Part shown: positions 36,161-44,764 of the stretch, in pieces
How positions within the stretch are numbered: the stretch's first letter is position 1
How the letters are laid out: each line of letters begins with the position of its first letter
DNA from: a virus
DNA: 64,000 nucleotides
Virus record (IMG/VR): IMGVR_UViG_3300042897_000994
Coordinates: 64,001 to 128,000 of that record
Reading direction: 5' to 3' (one strand)
Notes under the pieces: generated by a model
Database searches by the model: none
What the model was told of the DNA's origin: nothing
The model's input: only the letters and a program-made list of their open reading frames with translations
Position numbers and translations under genes: made by a program

Positions 36161-36730
36161 ATGCAAAAATATATTATCTTTGAAGGTCTAGATCGTTGTG
36201 GTAAAGACACTCAAGTTGGATTAGTACAAAAGTCTTTTTCGGATGAGACTTTTCATGTCTTCCATTATAGCAAAATCCCACTAGAAACTCCAGAACAAAA
36301 CAGAGAATATAGTGAAAGAATGTATAGAGATATGTTCAATGTGATGATAGAGAATAAAGGTGAAAATAGAAATTTTATCTTCAATCGATCTCATCTCGGA
36401 GAATCTGTATATGCTCCTCTATATAGAAATTATTTAGGTGATTATGTTTTTAAGATTGAAGAAGAATATATCGAAGATCTAAAATCTAATCTTTATCTTG
36501 TAGTTTTGGTAAATGAACCTTCTATCTTAATCAGTAGAGAAGATGGAGATTCTTTAAGCAAAGGCGAAGAAGATATTGCTAAAGAAAAACAAATGTTTGA
36601 AAGAGCTTATTTTGAAAGCAAAATTCAAAATAAAATCTTGATCGACTGTGGAGTAGATAGCCCAACAGAAATTGCACAAATTATTAAAGACTTTATTTTA
36701 GATTCAGAAAATGAAAATATACCAGGGTAA
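36161..36730 (+). CDS. Thymidylate-kinase-like dNMP kinase (candidate modified-dCMP kinase)
   Basis: 'FEGLDRCGKDTQ', 'FNRSHLGE.VY..LYR'; overlaps the TS homologue. Confidence 0.85.
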   Translation: MQKYIIFEGLDRCGKDTQVGLVQKSFSDETFHVFHYSKIPLETPEQNREYSERMYRDMFNVMIENKGENRNFIFNRSHLGESVYAPLYRNYLGDYVFKIEEEYIEDLKSNLYLVVLVNEPSILISREDGDSLSKGEEDIAKEKQMFERAYFESKIQNKILIDCGVDSPTEIAQIIKDFILDSENENIPG

Positions 36731-37583
36731 TTCTTTCGCATCTGTATACAGAGATCTTCTGAACGATCTTTTAAATTCTCCTGAATATACATGTTCGCCT
36801 AGGGGAATGGAAATAAGAGAAATTACAGACTGTGCTCTAGTAATTGAAAATCCTGTCTTTGCAATGTATGAAAATGAGAGAAGATCTACTCAAGAAAAAT
36901 ATATTGCTGCAGAGTTTTTATGGTACTTTGCTGGTAGAAATGATTTAAGTTTTATCGAAAGATTCGCAAAGTTCTGGCAACATGTTGCAAATGAAGATGG
37001 AACTTTAAATTCTGCTTATGGAAATTTAATTTTCACAAAAAAGAATGAGCATAACATTTCACAGTGGGAATGGGCTTATAATTCATTAGTCGAAGATAAA
37101 GATACTCGTCAGGCAATTATGCATTTTAATATGCCTGAACACCAAAGACGTGGAAATAAAGATTTTGTTTGTACTCTAACTGGAATTTTTCAGATCAGAG
37201 AAAATAAATTGAATTTTACTGTGAACATGCGAAGTAATGATGCCATCTTAGGAACTCCTACAGATATTCCTTTCTTCTGTGTTTTGCAGATCCAAATGTT
37301 AGAACTTTTAAAGTCTACATATCCAGATTTAGAACTCGGTACATATACACATTTTGCGCATTCTCTTCATATTTATGAAAGACATTTTCAACTGGTTGAA
37401 GAAATGTTAAAAGATGACAATTTTATTGCAAAAGATTTACCAAAAATCGATCAGACCCTGATATATAGATCAGGGAAACCCAACGAAAAAGTATTGGAAA
37501 TGATTGATAAAATTGAAAAAGGCGAATCTGATGTAGAAGCAACAGGTGAAATTTTTAAATGGATTTATCAGAACATTTTCTGA
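36711..37583 (+). CDS. Thymidylate synthase homologue of dCMP hydroxymethylase type (T4 gp42-like)
   Basis: 'NSAYG', 'DFVCT', 'MRSNDAILGTPTD' with Asp where ThyA has Asn177, 'SLHIYERHF'. Confidence 0.85.
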   Translation: MKIYQGNSFASVYRDLLNDLLNSPEYTCSPRGMEIREITDCALVIENPVFAMYENERRSTQEKYIAAEFLWYFAGRNDLSFIERFAKFWQHVANEDGTLNSAYGNLIFTKKNEHNISQWEWAYNSLVEDKDTRQAIMHFNMPEHQRRGNKDFVCTLTGIFQIRENKLNFTVNMRSNDAILGTPTDIPFFCVLQIQMLELLKSTYPDLELGTYTHFAHSLHIYERHFQLVEEMLKDDNFIAKDLPKIDQTLIYRSGKPNEKVLEMIDKIEKGESDVEATGEIFKWIYQNIF

Positions 37584-37610
37584 TATCAATAAAAAAGATT
37601 ATAATTTAAT

Positions 37611-38765
37611 ATGAACGTTACGAAATTTGAAAAGCCAGACACTTCCGTGAAATCGGTATATGTGTACTATTTTGGCAAGTATCCGAAGAAAACAAAACCA
37701 GCTAAAGATGTAACTTTACCTATCAGGCTTTGGCCAGAAGCTAAATTTTATATTAGATGTAATACTAAAGGAGGAATCGGAAAGAATAATCTGGAATATT
37801 TCTCTAATCTTTACAACGGAACTCAATTTGAGTTAGTAGAAGAAACTCTCGATCAAGTAGTAGATGCAGAAATGCTCTTTATCCATCATGAAAATTATAA
37901 TGCATTTGGTGGAGTAGTTCGAGAATGCTGTATTCATTTTGCTCAAATTCTAGGGAAATGGACGAAAAAGGCAACAGTTTTCTACAATGATGAATTATTC
38001 TCTGGTTTCTATGATATTAGGGATTGGTTAGAATCAAGATCAACAAATGAAAACTTCTTGAAAAATAATCCTCAAATTTTAGAAAGAGTTCCAAGAAGCG
38101 AAAATTGGGAAAATGTTACTCTGCTCATGAATGAAAATAAAATCACAGACTGGGCTGATGTACATGTAAAAGACACTCTAACCGATAGAATTGAAGTTTC
38201 TTATCTATCAGATATTATTTTATATGATCTTCCTACCTCGGGAATGAAATATAAAAATAGTTATGAAAAGAAGGGAGTTTATGTTCCTCTGTTTACAGCA
38301 GAAAGAATTTCAGTTTGTAACAAACTTTTCAATGGAAATGTAGAGATTACTTTTGCTGGATCTCGTTCAGATGAATTAAAAGAAAATATTGCAGGCGATG
38401 GAAAATACATTCAGAATTTTGAATTACCTGCATTCTTGAAAAAATTCGATTGGACTATTTATATCGGAAAGGGAAAGCAGTCTTCATATCTAGGAGCTAC
38501 TTTTTACGAACCTCTATTAAAAGGTCTTCCTGTTTTTGTATGGACTGAAACCGACAAACAAAAGAAAGTTTTTGGTGATATCGATTGTTATTTCTCAACT
38601 GAAGATCAATTACAAAAGCTTGTTGAAAAGTGGGATATGAAAGAACTTTACAAAACTCAAGTAGTACATATCTTCGGAAATGAACCTGAAGAAACTGGAG
38701 AATTTGAAAGTGTACAAGCTACAGAAATTCCAAAAGAAAAGCCTAAAGTAATTGCACTATTCTAA
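37611..38765 (+). CDS. Putative DNA glycosyltransferase, T4 beta-glucosyltransferase-like (GT-B)
   Basis: Colinear resemblance to T4 BGT as recalled: NAFGG~NFFGG, FYND~LFTD, ITFAG~IEFFG, IYIG~LIIG, ETDKQKKV~EFDTKHRI; directly follows the dCMP-type TS. Confidence 0.7.
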   Translation: MNVTKFEKPDTSVKSVYVYYFGKYPKKTKPAKDVTLPIRLWPEAKFYIRCNTKGGIGKNNLEYFSNLYNGTQFELVEETLDQVVDAEMLFIHHENYNAFGGVVRECCIHFAQILGKWTKKATVFYNDELFSGFYDIRDWLESRSTNENFLKNNPQILERVPRSENWENVTLLMNENKITDWADVHVKDTLTDRIEVSYLSDIILYDLPTSGMKYKNSYEKKGVYVPLFTAERISVCNKLFNGNVEITFAGSRSDELKENIAGDGKYIQNFELPAFLKKFDWTIYIGKGKQSSYLGATFYEPLLKGLPVFVWTETDKQKKVFGDIDCYFSTEDQLQKLVEKWDMKELYKTQVVHIFGNEPEETGEFESVQATEIPKEKPKVIALF

Positions 38766-39877
38766 TGATTGGAATAATTAGAACTCGACCATCTTTTGCA
38801 AGAGTAGAATATGAACCCTATCATTTTTTAAAATGGCTTGAGCTTTTTCCTCAAAATAGATTTTTGTGGTTGAGTAAAAATCCAGATAAAGTTAAAAAAA
38901 GATTCGGAGAAGAAAATTTTCCAGCAATAGAATCTTTTGATCTTGATGAATATTTTACAATTGAAAGTATCTCTGAACGTGAAAAGTATTTGGATGATTT
39001 AATTAAGAGTAAAAATCTAACTCAGATAATTACTATTCATAATGATATAAAGCAAAACTTTAAAAATGGAGCTGAAGAAAAGGGAACTTCCTTTTTTAAC
39101 GGTATAGTAGAATCTGATAGTCTACCTACTTTTGTATCAGTGAAAAATTTCTTTGAAGTTAATCACATTCCTTATTATCTTTCAAAGAAAATTCCAGTCG
39201 TTCATGTTTATGTAGATCCCCAAGAAGCATCTTGGAATAGAATGACAGGATGCATTGAAGAAAAATATTTCTTCTATGAGAACTCAAGAATAGATGCAAA
39301 GTATCTACCTTTTGTAGAATGGAGTTTTTCAAAGCAGATTAAAAAATATTCAAAGAAAAAGAAATTTGCATTTGGATTTACAGTAGTTACTGAAGACCGG
39401 GAACCTCTTTATTATCAATTAGCAGATATTAAAAATGTCAATTTTCTGGTTAAATTTCCGAAGATAGGAATTGATACCACGGTAAAAAGAGCCGATTATG
39501 CAGAAATGCTTAAAGAGAGTGAATTTACTCTTGTGATTCCTTCGTATGAAGATACTGATTTTAGTAGTATTCGATTTTGGGATGCTATTACAAAAGCTTG
39601 CATTCCCTTTATTTTAGATACATGTAAATGGGAACAGGCTTTTGAGCAACATCCAGAAATAACAAAAATCATAAGTGAAGATCTTTTGGTGAATACTGAT
39701 ACCGTAAAAGAAAAGATTGAAAATACTGATTATGAATCCTTGCTAAATAAAATCTGGAATACTCAAGACTGGAAAAATATTCAAGATCTAGAATGGTATC
39801 AAGATCAGATTAAGGGAATTTCATTTGCAGATTCTGATAAACCTAAACCACCTTCCAAAAATATAGCTTTATTTTAA
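38765..39877 (+). CDS. Second putative DNA glycosyltransferase, GT-B with exostosin/GT47-like motif
   Basis: 'YAEMLKESEFTLVIPSY...SSIRFWDAITKACIPFIL'; TAATG-coupled to the BGT-like gene. Confidence 0.65.
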   Translation: MIGIIRTRPSFARVEYEPYHFLKWLELFPQNRFLWLSKNPDKVKKRFGEENFPAIESFDLDEYFTIESISEREKYLDDLIKSKNLTQIITIHNDIKQNFKNGAEEKGTSFFNGIVESDSLPTFVSVKNFFEVNHIPYYLSKKIPVVHVYVDPQEASWNRMTGCIEEKYFFYENSRIDAKYLPFVEWSFSKQIKKYSKKKKFAFGFTVVTEDREPLYYQLADIKNVNFLVKFPKIGIDTTVKRADYAEMLKESEFTLVIPSYEDTDFSSIRFWDAITKACIPFILDTCKWEQAFEQHPEITKIISEDLLVNTDTVKEKIENTDYESLLNKIWNTQDWKNIQDLEWYQDQIKGISFADSDKPKPPSKNIALF

Positions 39878-40296
39878 TGGAATTACTCAACACCCACCCA
39901 ATTAAAAAATCAGATTTAGGCTTTCATGGCAACCTTTTCGGAGGGAAATTGCTCGCCTGGATCGATGCAGCTGCTGCTGGGTATTCCATGCAATTATGTG
40001 ACACCCCTAGAATGGTTACTGTATCAATTGATAAATGTATTTTTGAAAAGCCAGCAAGAGAAAGTCAGCTTTTAAAAATTTACGGAGAGCCAAGTGAATT
40101 AGGCAACACTTCAGTCACGATGTACCTAGAGGCAAGAGCTCATAATGTTTACACTGGCAGACAGACTCTTGTCTTAAAAACTCATATCAAATTTGTACAT
40201 ATTGATGAAGAAGGAAATCCAATTCCAATTGCAGAAAAAGGCAGAACTCGGGTACAAAAAATGATCGATTCAAAAACAAATATAGAAGAAAAATGA
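39877..40296 (+). CDS. Hotdog-fold acyl-CoA thioesterase (YciA-like)
   Basis: 'DLGFHGNLFGGKLLAWIDAAA', 'VTVSID', 'FVHIDEEGNP'. Confidence 0.9.
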   Translation: MELLNTHPIKKSDLGFHGNLFGGKLLAWIDAAAAGYSMQLCDTPRMVTVSIDKCIFEKPARESQLLKIYGEPSELGNTSVTMYLEARAHNVYTGRQTLVLKTHIKFVHIDEEGNPIPIAEKGRTRVQKMIDSKTNIEEK

Positions 40297-41312
40297 AAAT
40301 ATTAGTAGTAGGCGCAGGATTAAGCGGAGCAGTAGTTTCAAGACATTTAGCAGAAACTGGATGTAAAGTTACAGTTATCGATAAAAGAGATCACATTGCA
40401 GGAAACGCATTTGATTATACGAATGAACATGGAATAAGAGTTCATAAATATGGACCACATCTCTTTCATACTCGAAATGAAAAGATCTTTAAATATCTAA
40501 GTAGATTTACAGAATGGGTTCCTTACTTTCATAAAGTAAAAGCTCAGTTGGAAGATGGTAGATATGTCACACTCCCAGTGAATAAAGAAACAAAAGAGAT
40601 TGTTGGTGAAGAAAACATTTTGGATATTTTCTTTAAACCTTACACAAAGAAAATGTGGGGAAAGGAAATTGAAGAACTTGATCCGGGTATTGTAAACCGA
40701 GTGAAACAATTTACTCGAGATGATATGAATGATCTTTATTTTCCGGACGATGAGTTTCAATGTATGCCAAAAGATGGTTATACTAAGATGGTAGAAAATA
40801 TGTTTGAACATGAAAATATTCAAATCAATCTTTCAACTGGATTTCATAAGAGTATGGAAGCTAATTTTGATTATGTTTTCAACAGTATGCCGATTGATGA
40901 ATATTATGATTTTTGCTATGGTGAACTTCCCTATCGATCAATCAAGTTTCATACTGTAGATCTTCCTGCACCAAAAATGTTACCTGCAGTTACTGTGAAT
41001 TTTACTCATACTGGTAAATTTACTCGAATGACAGAGTGGAAAAATATTCCGGCACATGGAGAAAATCCCTCAATGACGACTTTGACTTATGAAGAGCCTT
41101 GCGATTATGCAGATAATGATAATGAAAGATATTATCCAGTCAAAGATGTTGAAGGTAAAAACAGAGAGCTCTTTAGTAAATATCAAGCAATAGAAAATCC
41201 AAAGACAATTTTTATGGGAAGATTAGGTCTTTATGTTTATATTGATATGCATCAATGTATCAGCTCTACTCTTACTATTGTGGAAAAATTCATTAAAGAG
41301 AAAAATGTATAA
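40293..41312 (+). CDS. glf: UDP-galactopyranose mutase
   Basis: 'VGAGLSG', 'HIAGNAFD', 'VHKYGPHLFHT', 'YTKKMWG', 'LPYRS', 'TRMTEWK', 'YYPV', 'GRLG.Y.Y.DM'. Confidence 0.95.
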   Translation: MKILVVGAGLSGAVVSRHLAETGCKVTVIDKRDHIAGNAFDYTNEHGIRVHKYGPHLFHTRNEKIFKYLSRFTEWVPYFHKVKAQLEDGRYVTLPVNKETKEIVGEENILDIFFKPYTKKMWGKEIEELDPGIVNRVKQFTRDDMNDLYFPDDEFQCMPKDGYTKMVENMFEHENIQINLSTGFHKSMEANFDYVFNSMPIDEYYDFCYGELPYRSIKFHTVDLPAPKMLPAVTVNFTHTGKFTRMTEWKNIPAHGENPSMTTLTYEEPCDYADNDNERYYPVKDVEGKNRELFSKYQAIENPKTIFMGRLGLYVYIDMHQCISSTLTIVEKFIKEKNV

Positions 41313-42060
41313 AGATTTGTCAAGATTGCTATATGGCACTTCTGATCCATATTCCGAATGGAAAAAAATTAATTTTCCCATTGAAAGAGACTATCCAATG
41401 ACAAATATCTATTCTTCTTTAATACGAGAATCAATTGAAGAAACTAATACTAATTTTTGGTTAGAAATTGGCAGCATGTTTGGAGGTTCTGCGATTAAAA
41501 CGGCTAAAGTTGCAAATAGTCTTAAGAAAGACATATCAATTATATGTATAGACCCTTTTTGCGGAGATGTTTCTATGTGGGAACACAATATTTTTTTAAA
41601 AAATCAAAGAGAACAAGGATTCATTGCAAAAAATTCTATATATCTTGATCTAGATGGTTGCAGACCAACTTTAATGGATAAATTCCTCGGAAATGTAATT
41701 TCTGAAGGTTTCGAAAAAACTATCTTACCACTCCCTACTACGAGTATGGTAGGAATGCGATTACTTGAAAGATTTAGAGAAGATAAAAAAATTGATAGAG
41801 GTCCGGGTGTAATCTATCTTGATTCTGCTCACGAATGGTATGAAACTTATATAGAATTAGTTACTGCATGGAGAATACTAGCTCCGGGTGGAATTTTAAT
41901 AGGAGACGATTATGATTGGCCTGCAGTAAATCATGATGTCAATAAATTTGCAAGAGACTATAAAGTTAAAATTTTAGAGAAAGAAAAAGCACATTGGATG
42001 ATTAAAAAACCTCTAACTGTAGGATATTTAGCATCTCCTTTTTTTATGGGTGGGTATTAG
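41305..42060 (+). CDS. Class I SAM-dependent methyltransferase (Methyltransf_24-like)
   Basis: 'LEIGSMFGGS', 'IDPF', 'IYLDSAH', 'PGGILIGDDY'; start moved to ATG 41305, overlapping the end of glf. Confidence 0.85.
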   Translation: MYKDLSRLLYGTSDPYSEWKKINFPIERDYPMTNIYSSLIRESIEETNTNFWLEIGSMFGGSAIKTAKVANSLKKDISIICIDPFCGDVSMWEHNIFLKNQREQGFIAKNSIYLDLDGCRPTLMDKFLGNVISEGFEKTILPLPTTSMVGMRLLERFREDKKIDRGPGVIYLDSAHEWYETYIELVTAWRILAPGGILIGDDYDWPAVNHDVNKFARDYKVKILEKEKAHWMIKKPLTVGYLASPFFMGGY

Positions 42061-42072
42061 ACACTCCGAGGA

Positions 42073-42080
42073 GATATATA
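42073..42080 (+). promoter_or_regulatory. Late promoter motif GATATATA before the RimK pair
   Basis: Exact motif. Confidence 0.75.
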
Positions 42081-42100
42081 AATAGAAAAATATCTCCTTG

Positions 42101-43588
42101 ATGCCACAAATTAAAAATCTAGACTCTTTCTTATCAGAAGGAGCTTCAGAACATAAGACAATATTAATTCTTACTGCAAGACCTAAGTCTTCTGATACCT
42201 CAGAAAGATTTGTCGAAGAGGCAAAGAAGAGAGGATTCAAAGCATATGTTGTAGATGTAAATTCAACTAAACTTGTTAAGATTGATGATAACAAGTTTAA
42301 AATAGAAAATACAGAAACAGGCAAAGGCCCAACGGTTAATAGATCAGAAACAGTAGTTCTCAGTAGAAGAGGAGTTCTCTCTAATACATTTACAAAAAAT
42401 TTAGCGTATAGTTTAGAAAAAGCTAAATTTTTCTGCGTGAATAACATTCAATCTATGGAAACCTGCGAAAATAAGTATCTTGCAGGGGCACAGTTAGAAG
42501 CTGCGGGTATTCCAGTTCCTAAGACTGCGCTTCTACCAAATGATGAAAGCATAGATGAAGCTATCAAAAAGGTTGGAAGCAAATTTCCAGTTGTTGTAAA
42601 ACTTCTTTCTGGCACTCAAGGTGTTGGAGTTTCGATAGTAGATTCTTATGCCTCTCTAAAATCAGTGTATCAGACTTTAAAGAAACTGGACAAGGGAGCA
42701 GAAATCCTGATTCAGGAAATGATTCCTTCTGATTATGATATCAGAATACACGTTTTAAATAGAAGTTTTGATCCAGAAGATGATTCACCAGAGTCTTCTC
42801 AAATTATAGGAGCAATGAGGAGAAATAGAGTAAAGAAAGACTTTAGAACTAATTTTTCTCTTGGTGCAACAACACAAAAAATTAAACTAACTCCAGAGAT
42901 CGAAGAAATTGCCAAAAAAGCAGCTAAAATCGTAGGATGTGTTTGGTGTGGTGTAGATATTATCATCGACAAAAAGACAGGAAAGCCTTATGTTCTTGAA
43001 GTAAACTCTTCACCTGGAACGAAAGGTATCGAAAAAACAACTGGAATTTCTGTGACTGGAAAAGTTCTTGATTTTCTTCAAGACCAAGGAAATTGGATGA
43101 TGGACAGATTTGAAACAGGTTTTAGAGAAATTATCGATATTCATGGAGTAGGAAAATTTGTAGCTAAATTCGATACCGGAAACGGTTCTAAGAGTAGTTC
43201 GATGCATGTCGATTCTTACGAAATAGAAGGAGATACTTTAATTTGGAAATTGAAAGGTAAAACTTATAAGAATCAGATCATAGGATATTCAAAAGCTGAA
43301 GTTGGAAAGCATACATTCAAAAGACCTATTATGCTTATCGATATCAGTGTAGGTGGTAAAGTTCTTAGAGATGTTGAAGTAAGTCCAGTCGATAGATCAG
43401 GTAAAAGCACTCCTTTTCTTGCAAATAGAAAATTTATGGAAAGAGCTGGTATCATGGTAAATCCTGATAGAGAATTCTATATTACTAACATTTCTTCAGT
43501 AGATAAAAACTTTAATGCAGTCGATGCTAAAGGAGACAAACATGCTGGTATATCTGTAGACAATGATGTGGAGGACGAAGATGAATAA
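42101..43588 (+). CDS. rimK: RimK-family ATP-grasp ligase fused to RimB-like retropepsin protease domain
   Basis: 'IPVPKT', 'FPVVVK..SGTQGVGV', 'IQEMI', 'DIR', 'FRTNFSLG', 'GVDII', 'LEVNSSPG'; C-terminal 'AKFDTG..SSMH...DRS..STPFLANR'. Confidence 0.92.
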   Translation: MPQIKNLDSFLSEGASEHKTILILTARPKSSDTSERFVEEAKKRGFKAYVVDVNSTKLVKIDDNKFKIENTETGKGPTVNRSETVVLSRRGVLSNTFTKNLAYSLEKAKFFCVNNIQSMETCENKYLAGAQLEAAGIPVPKTALLPNDESIDEAIKKVGSKFPVVVKLLSGTQGVGVSIVDSYASLKSVYQTLKKLDKGAEILIQEMIPSDYDIRIHVLNRSFDPEDDSPESSQIIGAMRRNRVKKDFRTNFSLGATTQKIKLTPEIEEIAKKAAKIVGCVWCGVDIIIDKKTGKPYVLEVNSSPGTKGIEKTTGISVTGKVLDFLQDQGNWMMDRFETGFREIIDIHGVGKFVAKFDTGNGSKSSSMHVDSYEIEGDTLIWKLKGKTYKNQIIGYSKAEVGKHTFKRPIMLIDISVGGKVLRDVEVSPVDRSGKSTPFLANRKFMERAGIMVNPDREFYITNISSVDKNFNAVDAKGDKHAGISVDNDVEDEDE

Positions 43589-44552
43589 GATTAAGCTGTT
43601 CGAAGAATTTATTCGAGAAGAAAAAAGTCCTAGAATTCTAGTCTTGAATTTTATGGTTGATAGTGTTTCTGCTGAAGGAACAGAAAAGAAATATGCAGAC
43701 GGTTACAGAAGAGCAAATAATATTTTGGCTAGTAAGCTGAAAGAAAAGGGATTTACACCAGTTAACGCAGAGTATTCTGATCTCGTTTTTTCGAACTCGG
43801 ATCTATTCGTAAACGAAGAGTCTCTATCTTCATTCGACTTTGTATTTTTAGGCTTGATGGCCAAAAAAATGGAGTTAGCTAATATCGTAACCGATTATTT
43901 AAAAGATAAAAATATTCCTTATTTTTCCTATGGAACTCCTAGAGACAGGGGAAACAAGCTTGAAGATATGTGGAATCTTTCAAGAGAAGGTCTCCCTTAT
44001 ATTCCAACTTTCGTTTCTGCTTCATTTGAAGAATCATTAAACTATATGAAAAATAACAAATGGGATTTTCCAGTAGTTGTTAAAGATATGGATAGTGCAG
44101 GCGGAGCAGGAGTTAGTAAAGCCGATGATGAAAAAGAACTAAAAAAGCTTTTCGGCATTTCTGATGAAAAACACCAAGGAAACTTTGAAAGCTTTAAAAT
44201 GATCCAAAAGTTTATTCCAAACGATGGAGATTATAGAGTTCTTATTTTTGATGGGAAGATTATAGCTATCGCAAAGCGTTGGACTGAAGACAAAAAGGAG
44301 TTCAGAAATAATATGTCTTTAGGCGGAAAGGGAAAGATGGAAGACCTTCCCCAAAAAGAAAAAGATCTTGCACTAGCTGCAGCTCAAACCACCAGAAAAC
44401 AGATGGCTGGTGTAGATTTAATACAGTCGAAAGATGATAAAAAATGGTACATAATGGAAGTGAACAGCTCTCCACAGTATCACTATTTTTCTGAAATTCA
44501 GGACTTAGATTTTCCTCAATTACTTGCGGATTATATAGAAGACAAACTATGA
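43581..44552 (+). CDS. rimK: Second RimK-family ATP-grasp ligase
   Basis: 'FPVVVK....GGAGV', 'IQKFIPNDGDYR', 'FRNNMSLGG', 'AGVDLI', 'MEVNSSP'; start moved to ATG 43581. Confidence 0.9.
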   Translation: MNKIKLFEEFIREEKSPRILVLNFMVDSVSAEGTEKKYADGYRRANNILASKLKEKGFTPVNAEYSDLVFSNSDLFVNEESLSSFDFVFLGLMAKKMELANIVTDYLKDKNIPYFSYGTPRDRGNKLEDMWNLSREGLPYIPTFVSASFEESLNYMKNNKWDFPVVVKDMDSAGGAGVSKADDEKELKKLFGISDEKHQGNFESFKMIQKFIPNDGDYRVLIFDGKIIAIAKRWTEDKKEFRNNMSLGGKGKMEDLPQKEKDLALAAAQTTRKQMAGVDLIQSKDDKKWYIMEVNSSPQYHYFSEIQDLDFPQLLADYIEDKL

Positions 44553-44683
44553 CAAGTTGGAATATTACAATTCTAAAGGAAACTTCAGAAGGTTTTTTGT
44601 GCATGTCGCCGAATGGCGATACTCACTGGATGACTAGAAATGATTATGAAATCTATCTAGAGAACAGAAAGGAAAAATGTTGA
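44549..44683 (+). CDS. Small hypothetical protein (44 aa), not in the ORF track
   Basis: ATGA overlap with the RimK stop; MTSWNITILKETSEGFLCMSPNGDTHWMTRNDYEIYLENRKEKC. Confidence 0.55.
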   Translation: MTSWNITILKETSEGFLCMSPNGDTHWMTRNDYEIYLENRKEKC

Positions 44684-44764
44684 AAATAGTTCAATCTAGA
44701 CTTTTCATTCTCGTCCATTTTGATTATATTTTATTATTAAACTTTATTACTACCTTAAATAAAT

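Noticed and set aside
36711-37583. Calling this gene thyA
   Set aside because: Asp at the Asn177 position and the neighbouring transferases indicate a dCMP-modifying enzyme.
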